The position numbers and the translations under genes are program-made. The notes beneath the pieces are model-generated. The model had not been told where the DNA came from. It saw nothing but the letters and a program-made list of their open reading frames with translations, and did not search any database. Shown here piece by piece: positions 8,818 through 17,968 of a stretch of DNA of 37,635 nucleotides; the first letter of the stretch is position 1; each line of letters opens with the position of its first letter. Location: the IMG/VR virus record IMGVR_UViG_3300026266_000007, positions 1 to 37,635 of that record; one strand, 5' to 3'. Source of the DNA: a virus. Its lineage: Duplodnaviria > Caudoviricetes.

Positions 8818-9434
8818 GTATAGCGAATTACACTGATCTAAAAAATACAATCGCTGATTTTTTAAACAGAAGTGATTTAACAGCGGTTATTCCAACATTT
8901 ATAAGTTTAGCTGAAGCAGATATTAACAGAAATTTGCGGCACAGACTTATGGAGAATAGAGCCACAGCTACAGTTAATTCTAGATACAGTGTATTGCCCA
9001 CAGATTTTTTAGAGCCCATTAGATTACATTTAGAAGGAACTAACCATAATCCTCTGGAGCTCGTAAGCTTATTTGAAATGCAAAAGAAAAGAGCTGCTTC
9101 TCAGGATGTGGCTAACAAACCATTATTTTATGCCTTAACTCAAAGTGAAATAGAATTATTCCCGACGCCTAATGTTAATTACGACTTGGAGATGTATTAC
9201 TATGGAAAAGTTCCGGCTTTAAGTTCGAGTACGGCTACTAATAATATTTTGACTAGCCATCCAGATATATACTTATACGGCAGCCTTAGCCACAGCGCAC
9301 CTTACCTAGCAGAAGATCCAAGAATACAGGTATGGGCAGGGTTGTATAAAAATGCTATAGACGGCGCGAACCAAGAAAGTCAAAGATCTAAAACTAGTGG
9401 ATCTGGTATGAGTATGAAAATAGAGGCGTACTAA
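8814..9434 (+). CDS. Head-tail adaptor protein
   Basis: YTDLKNTIADFLNRSDL..IPTFISLAE, LPTDFLE, HPDIYLYGSL motifs. Confidence 0.85.
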   Translation: MSIANYTDLKNTIADFLNRSDLTAVIPTFISLAEADINRNLRHRLMENRATATVNSRYSVLPTDFLEPIRLHLEGTNHNPLELVSLFEMQKKRAASQDVANKPLFYALTQSEIELFPTPNVNYDLEMYYYGKVPALSSSTATNNILTSHPDIYLYGSLSHSAPYLAEDPRIQVWAGLYKNAIDGANQESQRSKTSGSGMSMKIEAY

Positions 9435-10348
9435 TGGCGACTATTGTAAAACGTGCAACTAAAGGCGCTCCGCTTACGCATGATGAAGTTGACGCTAACT
9501 TTGAAAATCTAAATACAGATTTAACAGGTAAGATTGGCGCTACTGGCGGCACAGTAAACGATGATGCTATTGTAAACTTTGGTAATGACACTGATTTACA
9601 GATTTATCACAACACAACTGGCAACGATGGTTACATTAAAAACAACACTGGTGAACTTTATATTCGTGGCGATAATATTACTCTTGGCGCAGTAGACCCG
9701 ACTAGCCCAACATTTATTACAATGGACGAAAATGGCGCTGTCGAGTTATTTTTTAACAACAGCAAGAAATTAGAAACAACAACAGATGGTGTGACGGTAA
9801 ACGGTGCATTAACTGTTACTGGCGGTTTTACTACAGCAAGTCTTACCGTTTCTGGTGCGCTGAGTGCTGACAGTTTAACAGCTACAAATGCGCTTACATC
9901 TGGTTCGGTTGTAACAGGATTAATTACAGCTAGTGGGGCGGTGACAAGCGCAGGGCTTACGTCAACTGGCGATGTAACTGTAACAGGTAATGTAACAGCA
10001 AGCGGAGATATGTCTGCAAGCGGTGTTACGGCAACATCTGTTACTTCAGAAAATATTAGTGGTTCGGCTATATCGGCTACTACAGTGACAACAACAGGCG
10101 ATATCACGTCTGGAAGTAATGTTATTGCTACTGGAAGCGTGACTTCTGATAGCATAGCAGCAAATGGTTCCATCTCTGGTGGGGCTATCAGTTCAACAGG
10201 TGCGATAACGTCTAATGGCGGCATTAATTCTGTTGGCAATGTTACTGTAACTGGAGCGTTAAGCGTGACAGATGCAGAAACAACTAGGTCAAACCTCGAT
10301 GTCGATAGGGCAGGCGAGGCATTGGCATTCAGTATAGCCTTGGGTTGA
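9434..10348 (+). CDS. Tail fibre/structural protein with short Gly/Thr/Ser repeats
   Basis: N-terminal KGAPLTHDEVDANF anchor; ~6-aa G-x-[VI]-T-[AS] repeats; C-terminal AFSIALG. Confidence 0.75.
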   Translation: MATIVKRATKGAPLTHDEVDANFENLNTDLTGKIGATGGTVNDDAIVNFGNDTDLQIYHNTTGNDGYIKNNTGELYIRGDNITLGAVDPTSPTFITMDENGAVELFFNNSKKLETTTDGVTVNGALTVTGGFTTASLTVSGALSADSLTATNALTSGSVVTGLITASGAVTSAGLTSTGDVTVTGNVTASGDMSASGVTATSVTSENISGSAISATTVTTTGDITSGSNVIATGSVTSDSIAANGSISGGAISSTGAITSNGGINSVGNVTVTGALSVTDAETTRSNLDVDRAGEALAFSIALG

Positions 10349-10366
10349 TTAGAAAAGGAGAAAATC

Positions 10367-10816
10367 ATGGCTGATGCGGCGAAAGCTACAATGGAAGTTA
10401 CAGTCCTTCCAGATGAGATTGCAAAAACATTCTCAGCAACAATGACTGTCACACCTGAAGATGCAAACGACAAATGGTATTACAAGCTTTCTTCGGTAAA
10501 TAACACAAGTTCAGACCTTATTGCAGGGTCTTTTGTGGACTACACCGCAGTAGATAGTTCTACAGCGCCAACAGCCGTTGCAGGCACAGATAAAGTTAAG
10601 TTTCTATACATTAAGAATGTTGATGGAAACGGCGGCTCTATTTATGTTATTTTTGATGGTGCGGCAGTAACTTCTGCTTCGACTGATGCTATTGTTTTGG
10701 GGCCAAATGAAGCTTTTGCTGCTCGTTTGCCAAATACAACTGTGGCAGATGTTCATGCAATTTCGTCAGCATCTACTGTTGAGTGTGTTGTTTGCGCTTT
10801 GCTTGACGACATCTAA
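10367..10816 (+). CDS. Putative structural protein
   Basis: AAGGAG RBS; beta-rich; within the tail module. Confidence 0.75.
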   Translation: MADAAKATMEVTVLPDEIAKTFSATMTVTPEDANDKWYYKLSSVNNTSSDLIAGSFVDYTAVDSSTAPTAVAGTDKVKFLYIKNVDGNGGSIYVIFDGAAVTSASTDAIVLGPNEAFAARLPNTTVADVHAISSASTVECVVCALLDDI

Positions 10817-10833
10817 GTAAGAGGTAAGCACAT

Positions 10834-11142
10834 ATGGCTAATACGTTTAAAAACTACACAGCGGCTTCAGTCGGTAAGTCTGAGGAAACTGTATATCAAG
10901 TTCCACAAGGAACAACGGCAGTGGTTATTGGATGTAATTTAGCCAATGTGCATACCGCTCAAGTAAAAATATCTGTCAAGGCGGCATATGTTCATTTGGT
11001 TAAAGATGTACCTTTGCCAAGTGGTTCTGCCTTGTCAGTTCTTGATGGAAAAGTTATTCTACAAGAAGGAAATACGGTCACGATAGAAAGTGACACAGAT
11101 AAATCGGTTGATGTTATTTTGAGTGTTCTGGAGCAAACATGA
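10834..11142 (+). CDS. Small tail-associated structural protein (MANTFKN type)
   Basis: GAGG RBS; MANTFKN...VILSVLEQT pattern. Confidence 0.8.
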   Translation: MANTFKNYTAASVGKSEETVYQVPQGTTAVVIGCNLANVHTAQVKISVKAAYVHLVKDVPLPSGSALSVLDGKVILQEGNTVTIESDTDKSVDVILSVLEQT

Positions 11143-12161
11143 GTAAGCAGAACGAATTAGTTCAATTTTCTAGGCGTGCGTCAGGTGGTGGCCCAAAGAA
11201 CGTCATAATTAATGGTGGTATGACTATTGCACAAAGAAGCACCCAAAGCACTAATGCAGGAAGCGGTTACATAACTGTAGATAGATTTTATCACGAACTA
11301 AAAAACGCTACTGATAATCTTACATATACTACAGAGCAAGTTACTGATGCTCCCTCTGGCTTCAGTAAATCTTTAAAACTTACGGTTACAACAGCAGAGT
11401 CAGCATTAGCGGCTGATGAATTTGGCAGAATGTATTACGTTGTAGAGGGGCAAGATTTACAACGTATCGGATATGGAACGTCTGCTTGTAAAGAAGTCAC
11501 ACTGTCTTTTTATGTGAAGTCTAGTATTACTGGTAACTTTTCAGCAAGTATATACTTATCAGCTTCTGGCGGTGTTATCGCTAGTCAAGCGTATACTATT
11601 AATTCAGCAGATACTTGGGAAAGAAAAACACTTACATTTCCAACTTACACTACAGCTAATGTGCCAAATACTAATGCGGCAGGAATGTATATTAACTTTG
11701 GGTTATTTGCTGGTAGTAATTATAATACTTTATCACCTACTTTTATTGCTCACACTGGGGCGCATCTTTTAGGTGGTCAGGCTGCAAACTTTGCGGCTGT
11801 GAACGGCACGACATGGCAACTAACTGGCGTTCAATTAGAAGTTAACGATACCGCTACGGATTTCGAACACGAAAATTATGGAACGACTTTAGCCAAGTGC
11901 CAGAGGTATTTTTGGAAAGATGCTTACTCAGCAGGAACAGGTATTTATGCTACTCAGTATATAACGAGCCATAAGTTTGCACAGGTTTTTCACCCAGTAC
12001 AAATGAGAGCAGTTCCTACTTCAACTGCTACTTATGGCGGTGGTACTAATCTTACTGAATATCAATCATCTGCAACACATTTTAAAGCTTATTTAGCATC
12101 GGCACATGATGCAAATACCCAACATTATTTAACGTCTTATCAGGCAGACGCGGAGTTATAA
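11139..12161 (+). CDS. Tail fibre/receptor-binding protein with carbohydrate-binding-like domain (paralog A1)
   Basis: NVIINGGMTIAQR, VEGQDLQR, TLSFYVKS, TGVQLE, ATDFEH, terminal ADAEL. Confidence 0.75.
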   Translation: MSKQNELVQFSRRASGGGPKNVIINGGMTIAQRSTQSTNAGSGYITVDRFYHELKNATDNLTYTTEQVTDAPSGFSKSLKLTVTTAESALAADEFGRMYYVVEGQDLQRIGYGTSACKEVTLSFYVKSSITGNFSASIYLSASGGVIASQAYTINSADTWERKTLTFPTYTTANVPNTNAAGMYINFGLFAGSNYNTLSPTFIAHTGAHLLGGQAANFAAVNGTTWQLTGVQLEVNDTATDFEHENYGTTLAKCQRYFWKDAYSAGTGIYATQYITSHKFAQVFHPVQMRAVPTSTATYGGGTNLTEYQSSATHFKAYLASAHDANTQHYLTSYQADAEL

Positions 12162-12332
12162 ATGATAGTTACAAGAGCGCAACATAATGAGTTTCAGGGT
12201 CAAGACACTGGTTGTGTAACAGCAATAATAGATGGTGTTGAAATGAGTATACCAAAAGATACAGCCAATCGACACTGGGTAGCCATTCAAGAATGGGTTG
12301 CAGACGGAAATACAATAGAGGAAGCTGACTGA
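12162..12332 (+). CDS. Small putative fibre chaperone (56 aa, paralog B1; ...NRHWVAIQEWVADGNTIEEAD)
   Basis: Read by eye; fills the gap exactly; GGAG RBS; TGATG coupling; paralog at 16891. Confidence 0.85.
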   Translation: MIVTRAQHNEFQGQDTGCVTAIIDGVEMSIPKDTANRHWVAIQEWVADGNTIEEAD

Positions 12333-13171
12333 TGGCAGGGTATATAGGCGCAAATACTAGCTCAGTAACCAACAACCAAAATGCGGCTGAACGTAGGAAG
12401 AAATTTACGTTTACAGCTAATACAACTGCGCTTACTGGTTTAAGTTTTTTACCTAACAAAATACATATTTTCCACAACGGAATACGCCTCGTAAAAGATA
12501 CGGATTTCCTCGAAGCCGCTGATGGACAGAGCGTAACCCTTATAAATGCCGCACAAGCAGGCGATGAAGTAGTAGCAGTTACGTTTGAACAAAACCCTGC
12601 TGTTGGCAGTAGTTATACTGACGCTGATGTTGATGCACGTTTATTAAAGACAGGGAATATTTTACCAGACGCAGACAATGCAAGTGATTTAGGTTCAGCA
12701 ACTAAAAGATTTAATGAGCTTTACGTTGGGGGCGGTATAGTTTTCGGCGATGCAAGTGCGGCAAGTATTTCGAGTGAAACTTTGGATTCGTACGAAGAAG
12801 GCACATTTAATTTTGAAATGGTTGGTTACTATGGCTCTCCATCACCTAAAATACAGATACCAGCTCACTATACTAAAATTGGAAATACAGTTCATTTTTG
12901 GGCGCTTAAGACAGCTATAAATAATACTGGTTACGCAGGCAATATGTGGTTTACTGGATTACCTTTTTCTGCACCATCACCATACTCTATTGGCAATATT
13001 TCTTTATATTTTATAGGAACCTATACTGGTTACGGACCACACTTGTTAATTTCTGGTGGTACTGCTTATGCAGTATTGCATCAAAGTAATGCTTCTTCAT
13101 GGAGTGCAGTCATGCACAACGTAGTTAGTTCGGGTGGTGAAGTATATATGGCTGGAACATATAAAGTTTAA
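12332..13171 (+). CDS. Tail fibre protein (MAGYIG N-domain, LDSYEEGTF C-domain)
   Basis: N-domain shared with 13470-13925; ILPDADNASDLGSATKRF linker. Confidence 0.75.
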   Translation: MAGYIGANTSSVTNNQNAAERRKKFTFTANTTALTGLSFLPNKIHIFHNGIRLVKDTDFLEAADGQSVTLINAAQAGDEVVAVTFEQNPAVGSSYTDADVDARLLKTGNILPDADNASDLGSATKRFNELYVGGGIVFGDASAASISSETLDSYEEGTFNFEMVGYYGSPSPKIQIPAHYTKIGNTVHFWALKTAINNTGYAGNMWFTGLPFSAPSPYSIGNISLYFIGTYTGYGPHLLISGGTAYAVLHQSNASSWSAVMHNVVSSGGEVYMAGTYKV

Positions 13172-13187
13172 ATAAAAGGAACTTAAA

Positions 13188-13457
13188 ATGGCACTAACAG
13201 AAGAAAAAATTGAAGATAAAGTTGAAATTGTTAGTAACAATGATTGGAAAGTAATCCAAGTAAGGGATGCAACGATTGTAAAGCGAGACGGTGTGGAAAT
13301 AAGCCGTTCATTCCATAGGCACATTGTTATGCCAGATATAAGCGCAGATGATTTAGCGAATGAAAGCGCAGACGTTCAAGCCTTTGCTGCACAAATATTT
13401 ACTGATGAAGTTAAGGCAGCTTATGACGCGCACTTGCAGTCAATGATTAGAGAATAG
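13188..13457 (+). CDS. Putative fibre-associated chaperone
   Basis: IQVRDATIVKRDGVEISRSFHRH pattern; follows the YEEGT-type fibre. Confidence 0.75.
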   Translation: MALTEEKIEDKVEIVSNNDWKVIQVRDATIVKRDGVEISRSFHRHIVMPDISADDLANESADVQAFAAQIFTDEVKAAYDAHLQSMIRE

Positions 13458-13469
13458 GTAAATTTTTTA

Positions 13470-13925
13470 ATGGCAGGCTATATTGGAAGTACAGGCGCAA
13501 CGCCCCAAGCCACTCAAACGAGAGATACCTTTACTTGCGTTGGCGGTGAAACCAGTTTTGCGACAGGTGGGTATTCGGTCAACTATGTTGATATCTGGCT
13601 CAATGGCATAAAGATGCAAGTGGGTACGGATGTACAAGCCACGAACGGTTCTGATGTAATTTTTGCAAGTGCTTGTTCAGCTTCGGACATTGTAGAAGTC
13701 ATAGCATACAAAACCTTTGAAGTGGCAGGCGCATCAGGTGGTGGGTATTTTCTTGGAGAAAATGGGCAAACAGGAACAAGCGCAGGCGATATATTTAGAG
13801 CAAATGAGCAAGAGTTAAACACAGATGTAACCATAGCATCTACTTTGAATTGTTCTGCGACAGGCCCACTTACCATTGCCTCTGGCACAACCCTTACAGT
13901 TAGCGGAAATTTGGTGATTATATGA
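13470..13925 (+). CDS. Tail fibre adaptor-like protein (MAGYIG N-domain)
   Basis: Paralogous N-domain; C-terminal SATGPLTIASGTTLTVSGNLVII. Confidence 0.75.
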   Translation: MAGYIGSTGATPQATQTRDTFTCVGGETSFATGGYSVNYVDIWLNGIKMQVGTDVQATNGSDVIFASACSASDIVEVIAYKTFEVAGASGGGYFLGENGQTGTSAGDIFRANEQELNTDVTIASTLNCSATGPLTIASGTTLTVSGNLVII

Positions 13926-14422
13926 GTACGTTACACGTTGAAAATCTAAAAGGTCCAACAAGCGGAGCTAATGCAAATAAGATTATCGTACCTAGCGGTC
14001 AGGAGCTTCATGCGGCTGGTCATGTTATTCAAGTGGTAACATCTACTAAAAATGACCAAACTCAAATAACTTCAACTTCGGCTGTTGATACTGGCCTTTC
14101 TGTAAGCATAACGCCAAAGTTTAATACAAGTAAAATATTTATTTCTTTAGGTACTTTGGGTATTTGTTATCAAACTAATTATGTATATCATAATTTGCTT
14201 AGAGGTAGTACAGTAATTCATGGTAATAATGCTTATAATAATAATACCACTTGGATGCCTATAAATTTTGCCATAAGCCACTTGGACAGCCCTGCCACAA
14301 CATCAGCAATTACCTATAAAACTCAGGCTTATATATCAAACGTAGGGGATTTAAGGTTTAATTATAACGCATCTGGTACTACTCATACTGCCTCAATAAC
14401 TGCTATGGAGATAGCCCAATGA
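13922..14422 (+). CDS. Short fibre/receptor-binding subunit, paralog C1
   Basis: MSTLHVENL...AGHVIQVV...ITPKF...DSPATTSAITY...MEIAQ. Confidence 0.75.
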   Translation: MSTLHVENLKGPTSGANANKIIVPSGQELHAAGHVIQVVTSTKNDQTQITSTSAVDTGLSVSITPKFNTSKIFISLGTLGICYQTNYVYHNLLRGSTVIHGNNAYNNNTTWMPINFAISHLDSPATTSAITYKTQAYISNVGDLRFNYNASGTTHTASITAMEIAQ

Positions 14423-14922
14423 GCATTCTCAAAGTAGATACAATAAACGAAAAGACGAGTGGCAATGGTGTGCATATTGCAGGCCATGTTGTTCAAGCTG
14501 TAACTGCAACTTTTGGTGGTTCCTCTTCTAGTACAGCAAGCCTAGTAGCTATGGCAACTTGTGGTTCGATAACAACAAAGTTTGCTAATTCTAAGTTATT
14601 AGTTACAGCGGCGGCTCAACTACAAACAGGAAACTCAACATCGGCTGATACTAAGGCACAGTATGCTTTACGTTCTTCTGTCGATAGCTATGCTTCAAAC
14701 CTTCATACTCAAGCTGTTGTTAACTACAGAGATAGTTCAAATGGATGGCAACAAGCCGCCATGCCTTTTCATACATTACATAGTCCTAGCGCATCTGCAG
14801 GAACAACTATTACATATAAAATATATGGAAATAGAGTTAGTAGTCCACAAGGTATATACGTTATTGACGCTTGGGGTTTAGGTGCTGAAGGTAAACTTAC
14901 AATACTGGAGATAGCCCCATGA
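14419..14922 (+). CDS. Short fibre/receptor-binding subunit, paralog C2
   Basis: MSILKVDTI...AGHVVQAV...ITTKF...HSPS...LEIAP. Confidence 0.75.
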   Translation: MSILKVDTINEKTSGNGVHIAGHVVQAVTATFGGSSSSTASLVAMATCGSITTKFANSKLLVTAAAQLQTGNSTSADTKAQYALRSSVDSYASNLHTQAVVNYRDSSNGWQQAAMPFHTLHSPSASAGTTITYKIYGNRVSSPQGIYVIDAWGLGAEGKLTILEIAP

Positions 14923-15458
14923 GTAGCATCTTAAAAGTTGATACGATACAAACGACAGCAGGGGCGGCTCCTACAACTAAGGACTTAGGTTTTGCGGCAG
15001 GGTCAGTTATTCAGATGGTTAATACATCTTGGAATACTAAAACAACTATTTCATCGCAAAGTGCTACAGCAATAACTGGAGCTTCTTTAGCAATAACTCC
15101 AAAGTTCAGCACCAGTAAAATAGTTGTTATGGTTAATCTTAGTATGAAAGTAAACGATACAAATACTACTTATTATAACACTGGTTTTGAAATTTTAAGA
15201 GGCTCAACTCAATTACAGACACTTGCTGGAGATAATGCAGGACCTTTTGAAATAGGTCATTACGATGGCGGTCATAGCGGTGGAGAACTTTGTGTTAGAT
15301 ACTCAAATAATATTGTAGATAGCCCTAGTACAACTTCAGCAACAACATACAGCGTCAAAGGTAAAGCCTATGGTACTGCTGGTTCAATTCTAACTGTAAA
15401 TCATGGGGATACTACATTTGGACAGTCGTCGATTATATTAATGGAGATAGCACAATGA
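14919..15458 (+). CDS. Short fibre/receptor-binding subunit, paralog C3
   Basis: MSSILKVDTI...AGSVIQMV...ITPKF...DSPSTTSATTY...MEIAQ. Confidence 0.75.
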   Translation: MSSILKVDTIQTTAGAAPTTKDLGFAAGSVIQMVNTSWNTKTTISSQSATAITGASLAITPKFSTSKIVVMVNLSMKVNDTNTTYYNTGFEILRGSTQLQTLAGDNAGPFEIGHYDGGHSGGELCVRYSNNIVDSPSTTSATTYSVKGKAYGTAGSILTVNHGDTTFGQSSIILMEIAQ

Positions 15459-15841
15459 CAGATATAGCAACAGCACTAAACGAACTAGGCGTAACTGAAT
15501 GGGTGTTACGAGGTGATCCAACTTCTGAAGCAGAATTTAACGAAATGTTTCGTAAGGTCACAGGCGCAGACAGCAACGGCTCTGCCATAGAAAGTGACAA
15601 TCCTGATGACTTTGGCACAACTTGGTCGGCAGTCTCAGCTAAGAAAACTGAGCTAGTTAACGCAAAGCCAATGGCTGACCTTCGTGAAGAGCGTAACAGG
15701 CGCTTGGCTGAAACAGATTGGATGGGTAACTCTGATGTTGCCATGTCTGACGCTTGGAAAACCTATCGTCAAAATTTACGAGATATTACAAACAGCGCAA
15801 CTAGCTTAGACGATGTAACGTGGCCTACTAAACCATCTTGA
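15455..15841 (+). CDS. Tail fibre assembly chaperone
   Basis: LREERNRRLAETDW...WKTYRQNLRDIT...WPTKP signature. Confidence 0.85.
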   Translation: MTDIATALNELGVTEWVLRGDPTSEAEFNEMFRKVTGADSNGSAIESDNPDDFGTTWSAVSAKKTELVNAKPMADLREERNRRLAETDWMGNSDVAMSDAWKTYRQNLRDITNSATSLDDVTWPTKPS

Positions 15842-15849
15842 GGTAACTA

Positions 15850-16890
15850 ATGACTAAAGCCAGAGACATAGCAGATAACGCAGGGAAAGCAGGCGGTGGC
15901 GGTGGCGTCAATGTCATAGTCAACGGTGCAATGAATTTAAGTCAACGTGGAACCTCGTTTGCTTCTGTTGGCAACGTTTATACTTTGGATAGATTTGAAT
16001 TTTATAAGCAAAACTCTGGTGCGGCTTTTACTGTTTCACAATCAAGCGTCACAGACTTAGCAGGGTTTGGTAACGCACTAAAAGTAGATTGCACAACGGC
16101 AGATACTTCGCTTGCTTCGAATGAGCAAGGATATGTTTCTCACAAACTAGAAGGTCAAGACTTACAAAGGTTCCAAAAAGGACACGCTACAGCATTAGGT
16201 TTTACATTATCTTTCTATGTGAAAACAAATAAAACTGGTCTTTATACTGTATCAATGTTTGACAGAGATAACACTAGAAAAGTAAATGGTTCGTATACTG
16301 TAGCTGATACAAATTGGAACAGATATACTATTAATTTTCCTGCCGACACCACAGGCAAATTTGATGATGACAATGCAAGTTCATTAGAAATATTTTTTAA
16401 TTTATATGCTGGTGCAGATACAAATACTGGCACTTTAAAAACAACATGGGCGGCTTCCACTGATGCAGGAAGTACAACTGGTCAAGTAAACTTTGCAGAT
16501 AGTACAAGTAACGATTGGGAAATTACTGGCATACAATTACAAACTGGAGATGAAGCAACGGATTTTGAACACGAAATAATTTCTGTTACTCAAAAAAAAT
16601 GCTATCGTTATTATTACAAATCTGCTGGCTATACTTTGGCTTTAGCCAATAGTAATGCGACAGGGTATTCATATAGAGAACATAGAACCCAAAATCATAG
16701 CTTTCCTGCTGGTCAAATGAGAACAGCACCAACATTGACAGCCGTTGCAGGCATACAATCTTTAAATAGTGGAAGTGTAATGGTTTACGGTCATATAGAC
16801 CATGTTGTTTCGTATTCAGACACTTACGGTGGCGAGTTGCCAGTCGGTAACTACTGGTATGGCGGTTATACAGCAGATGCGGAGTTATAA
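15850..16890 (+). CDS. Tail fibre/receptor-binding protein with carbohydrate-binding-like domain (paralog A2)
   Basis: MTKARDIA start; NVIVNGAM, LEGQDLQR, TLSFYVKT, ATDFEH, terminal ADAEL. Confidence 0.75.
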   Translation: MTKARDIADNAGKAGGGGGVNVIVNGAMNLSQRGTSFASVGNVYTLDRFEFYKQNSGAAFTVSQSSVTDLAGFGNALKVDCTTADTSLASNEQGYVSHKLEGQDLQRFQKGHATALGFTLSFYVKTNKTGLYTVSMFDRDNTRKVNGSYTVADTNWNRYTINFPADTTGKFDDDNASSLEIFFNLYAGADTNTGTLKTTWAASTDAGSTTGQVNFADSTSNDWEITGIQLQTGDEATDFEHEIISVTQKKCYRYYYKSAGYTLALANSNATGYSYREHRTQNHSFPAGQMRTAPTLTAVAGIQSLNSGSVMVYGHIDHVVSYSDTYGGELPVGNYWYGGYTADAEL

Positions 16891-17061
16891 ATGAATATTA
16901 CATCAGCCCAATATACAGCCCCAGAAGATAATCCTATGAGGCAAATAAAAGCAACAATAGATGACATTGTAATGTTTGTTCCAATAAATAGTGAAAATAG
17001 ACATTATATAGCTATTCAAGAATGGGTTGCAGACGGAAACTCTATCGAGGAAGCTGAATGA
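16891..17061 (+). CDS. Small putative fibre chaperone (56 aa, paralog B2; ...NRHYIAIQEWVADGNSIEEAE)
   Basis: Read by eye; paralog of 12162-12332; ATGA coupling to the next gene. Confidence 0.85.
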   Translation: MNITSAQYTAPEDNPMRQIKATIDDIVMFVPINSENRHYIAIQEWVADGNSIEEAE

Positions 17062-17273
17062 CTGCATTAAACCCATATGTCGAGCGAGATAATAATGCTT
17101 CTGGGGCAAATGTTGTATTTGCAGGAAAGCGTTACTGGCTAGTGGGATATTGCGAAGGTGATGGCATTTGGAGCGATGACGCACAAGGTCAAGCAACATG
17201 GGCTAATGATAGTGCGGCAAGTGGTAGTTGGGTTAACGATAGCGGAGCGTCAGGAACGTGGACGGACGCTTAG
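17058..17273 (+). CDS. Small protein with 10-aa Trp-spaced repeats
   Basis: WSDDAQGQAT-WANDSAASGS-WVNDSGASGT-WTDA. Confidence 0.75.
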   Translation: MTALNPYVERDNNASGANVVFAGKRYWLVGYCEGDGIWSDDAQGQATWANDSAASGSWVNDSGASGTWTDA

Positions 17274-17310
17274 AAAAATGATACGTTGGGTTTAAGAAAA
17301 GGATTTTATT

Positions 17311-17967
17311 ATGTCTACGACAACAAATTTAGGTTTAACTAAGCCAACGGTAGGTGGAAGTGATAGTACGTGGGGTAATACACTTAACGCCAATTTTGAT
17401 TTACTTGACACAGCCGTTAACAAGGCAATGCCTACTGGCGGTATTATTATGTGGTCAGGTGCGGTATCTGCTATTCCGACAGGTTGGGCTTTATGCGATG
17501 GTACAAACGGCACACCAAATTTAACAGGTAAGTTTGTTGTTCACGCTGACGCTGATAGTAGTGGAACTTACAATGTGGGCGCAAGTGGCGGTGCAAATAC
17601 AGTTACACTAGCAACTGGTGATATTCCTGCTCACAGCCACACAGGTACAGCGGCAAGCGGTGGGGCGCATACTCATACAGGTTCAACTAATTCGGCAGGC
17701 GCACACACGCATACTTATACAGATAAATATGTTGAACAAACATCTCTAATTCCAGGAATTGACATTGATTTTAACGCTACAACTTGGGACCCAAATGGGC
17801 AATTAACTGGCACTACAAGTTCAAGCGGAGCGCATACTCATACAGTAACTATAACAAGTGGTGGCGCACACACTCACACCTTAACGGTTGATAATGCAGG
17901 GGGCGGTGGCGCTCACGAAAACAGACCACCTTACTATGCTTTGGCGTATATAATGAAATTGGCTTAA
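17311..17967 (+). CDS. Tail collar-domain fibre with HxH repeats
   Basis: PTGGIIMWSG..IPTGWALCDGTNGTPNL collar domain; multiple AHTH motifs; HENRPPYYALAYIMK end. Confidence 0.9.
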   Translation: MSTTTNLGLTKPTVGGSDSTWGNTLNANFDLLDTAVNKAMPTGGIIMWSGAVSAIPTGWALCDGTNGTPNLTGKFVVHADADSSGTYNVGASGGANTVTLATGDIPAHSHTGTAASGGAHTHTGSTNSAGAHTHTYTDKYVEQTSLIPGIDIDFNATTWDPNGQLTGTTSSSGAHTHTVTITSGGAHTHTLTVDNAGGGGAHENRPPYYALAYIMKLA

Positions 17968-17968
17968 T

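Noticed and set aside
9658-10473. 271-aa minus-strand ORF
   Set aside because: Antisense shadow of the repetitive fibre gene; no RBS; most other antisense ORFs in the track are the same kind of artefact
11139-17061. Diversity-generating retroelement behind the fibre paralogs
   Set aside because: No reverse transcriptase, and no ~100-bp TR/VR pair differing only at adenines
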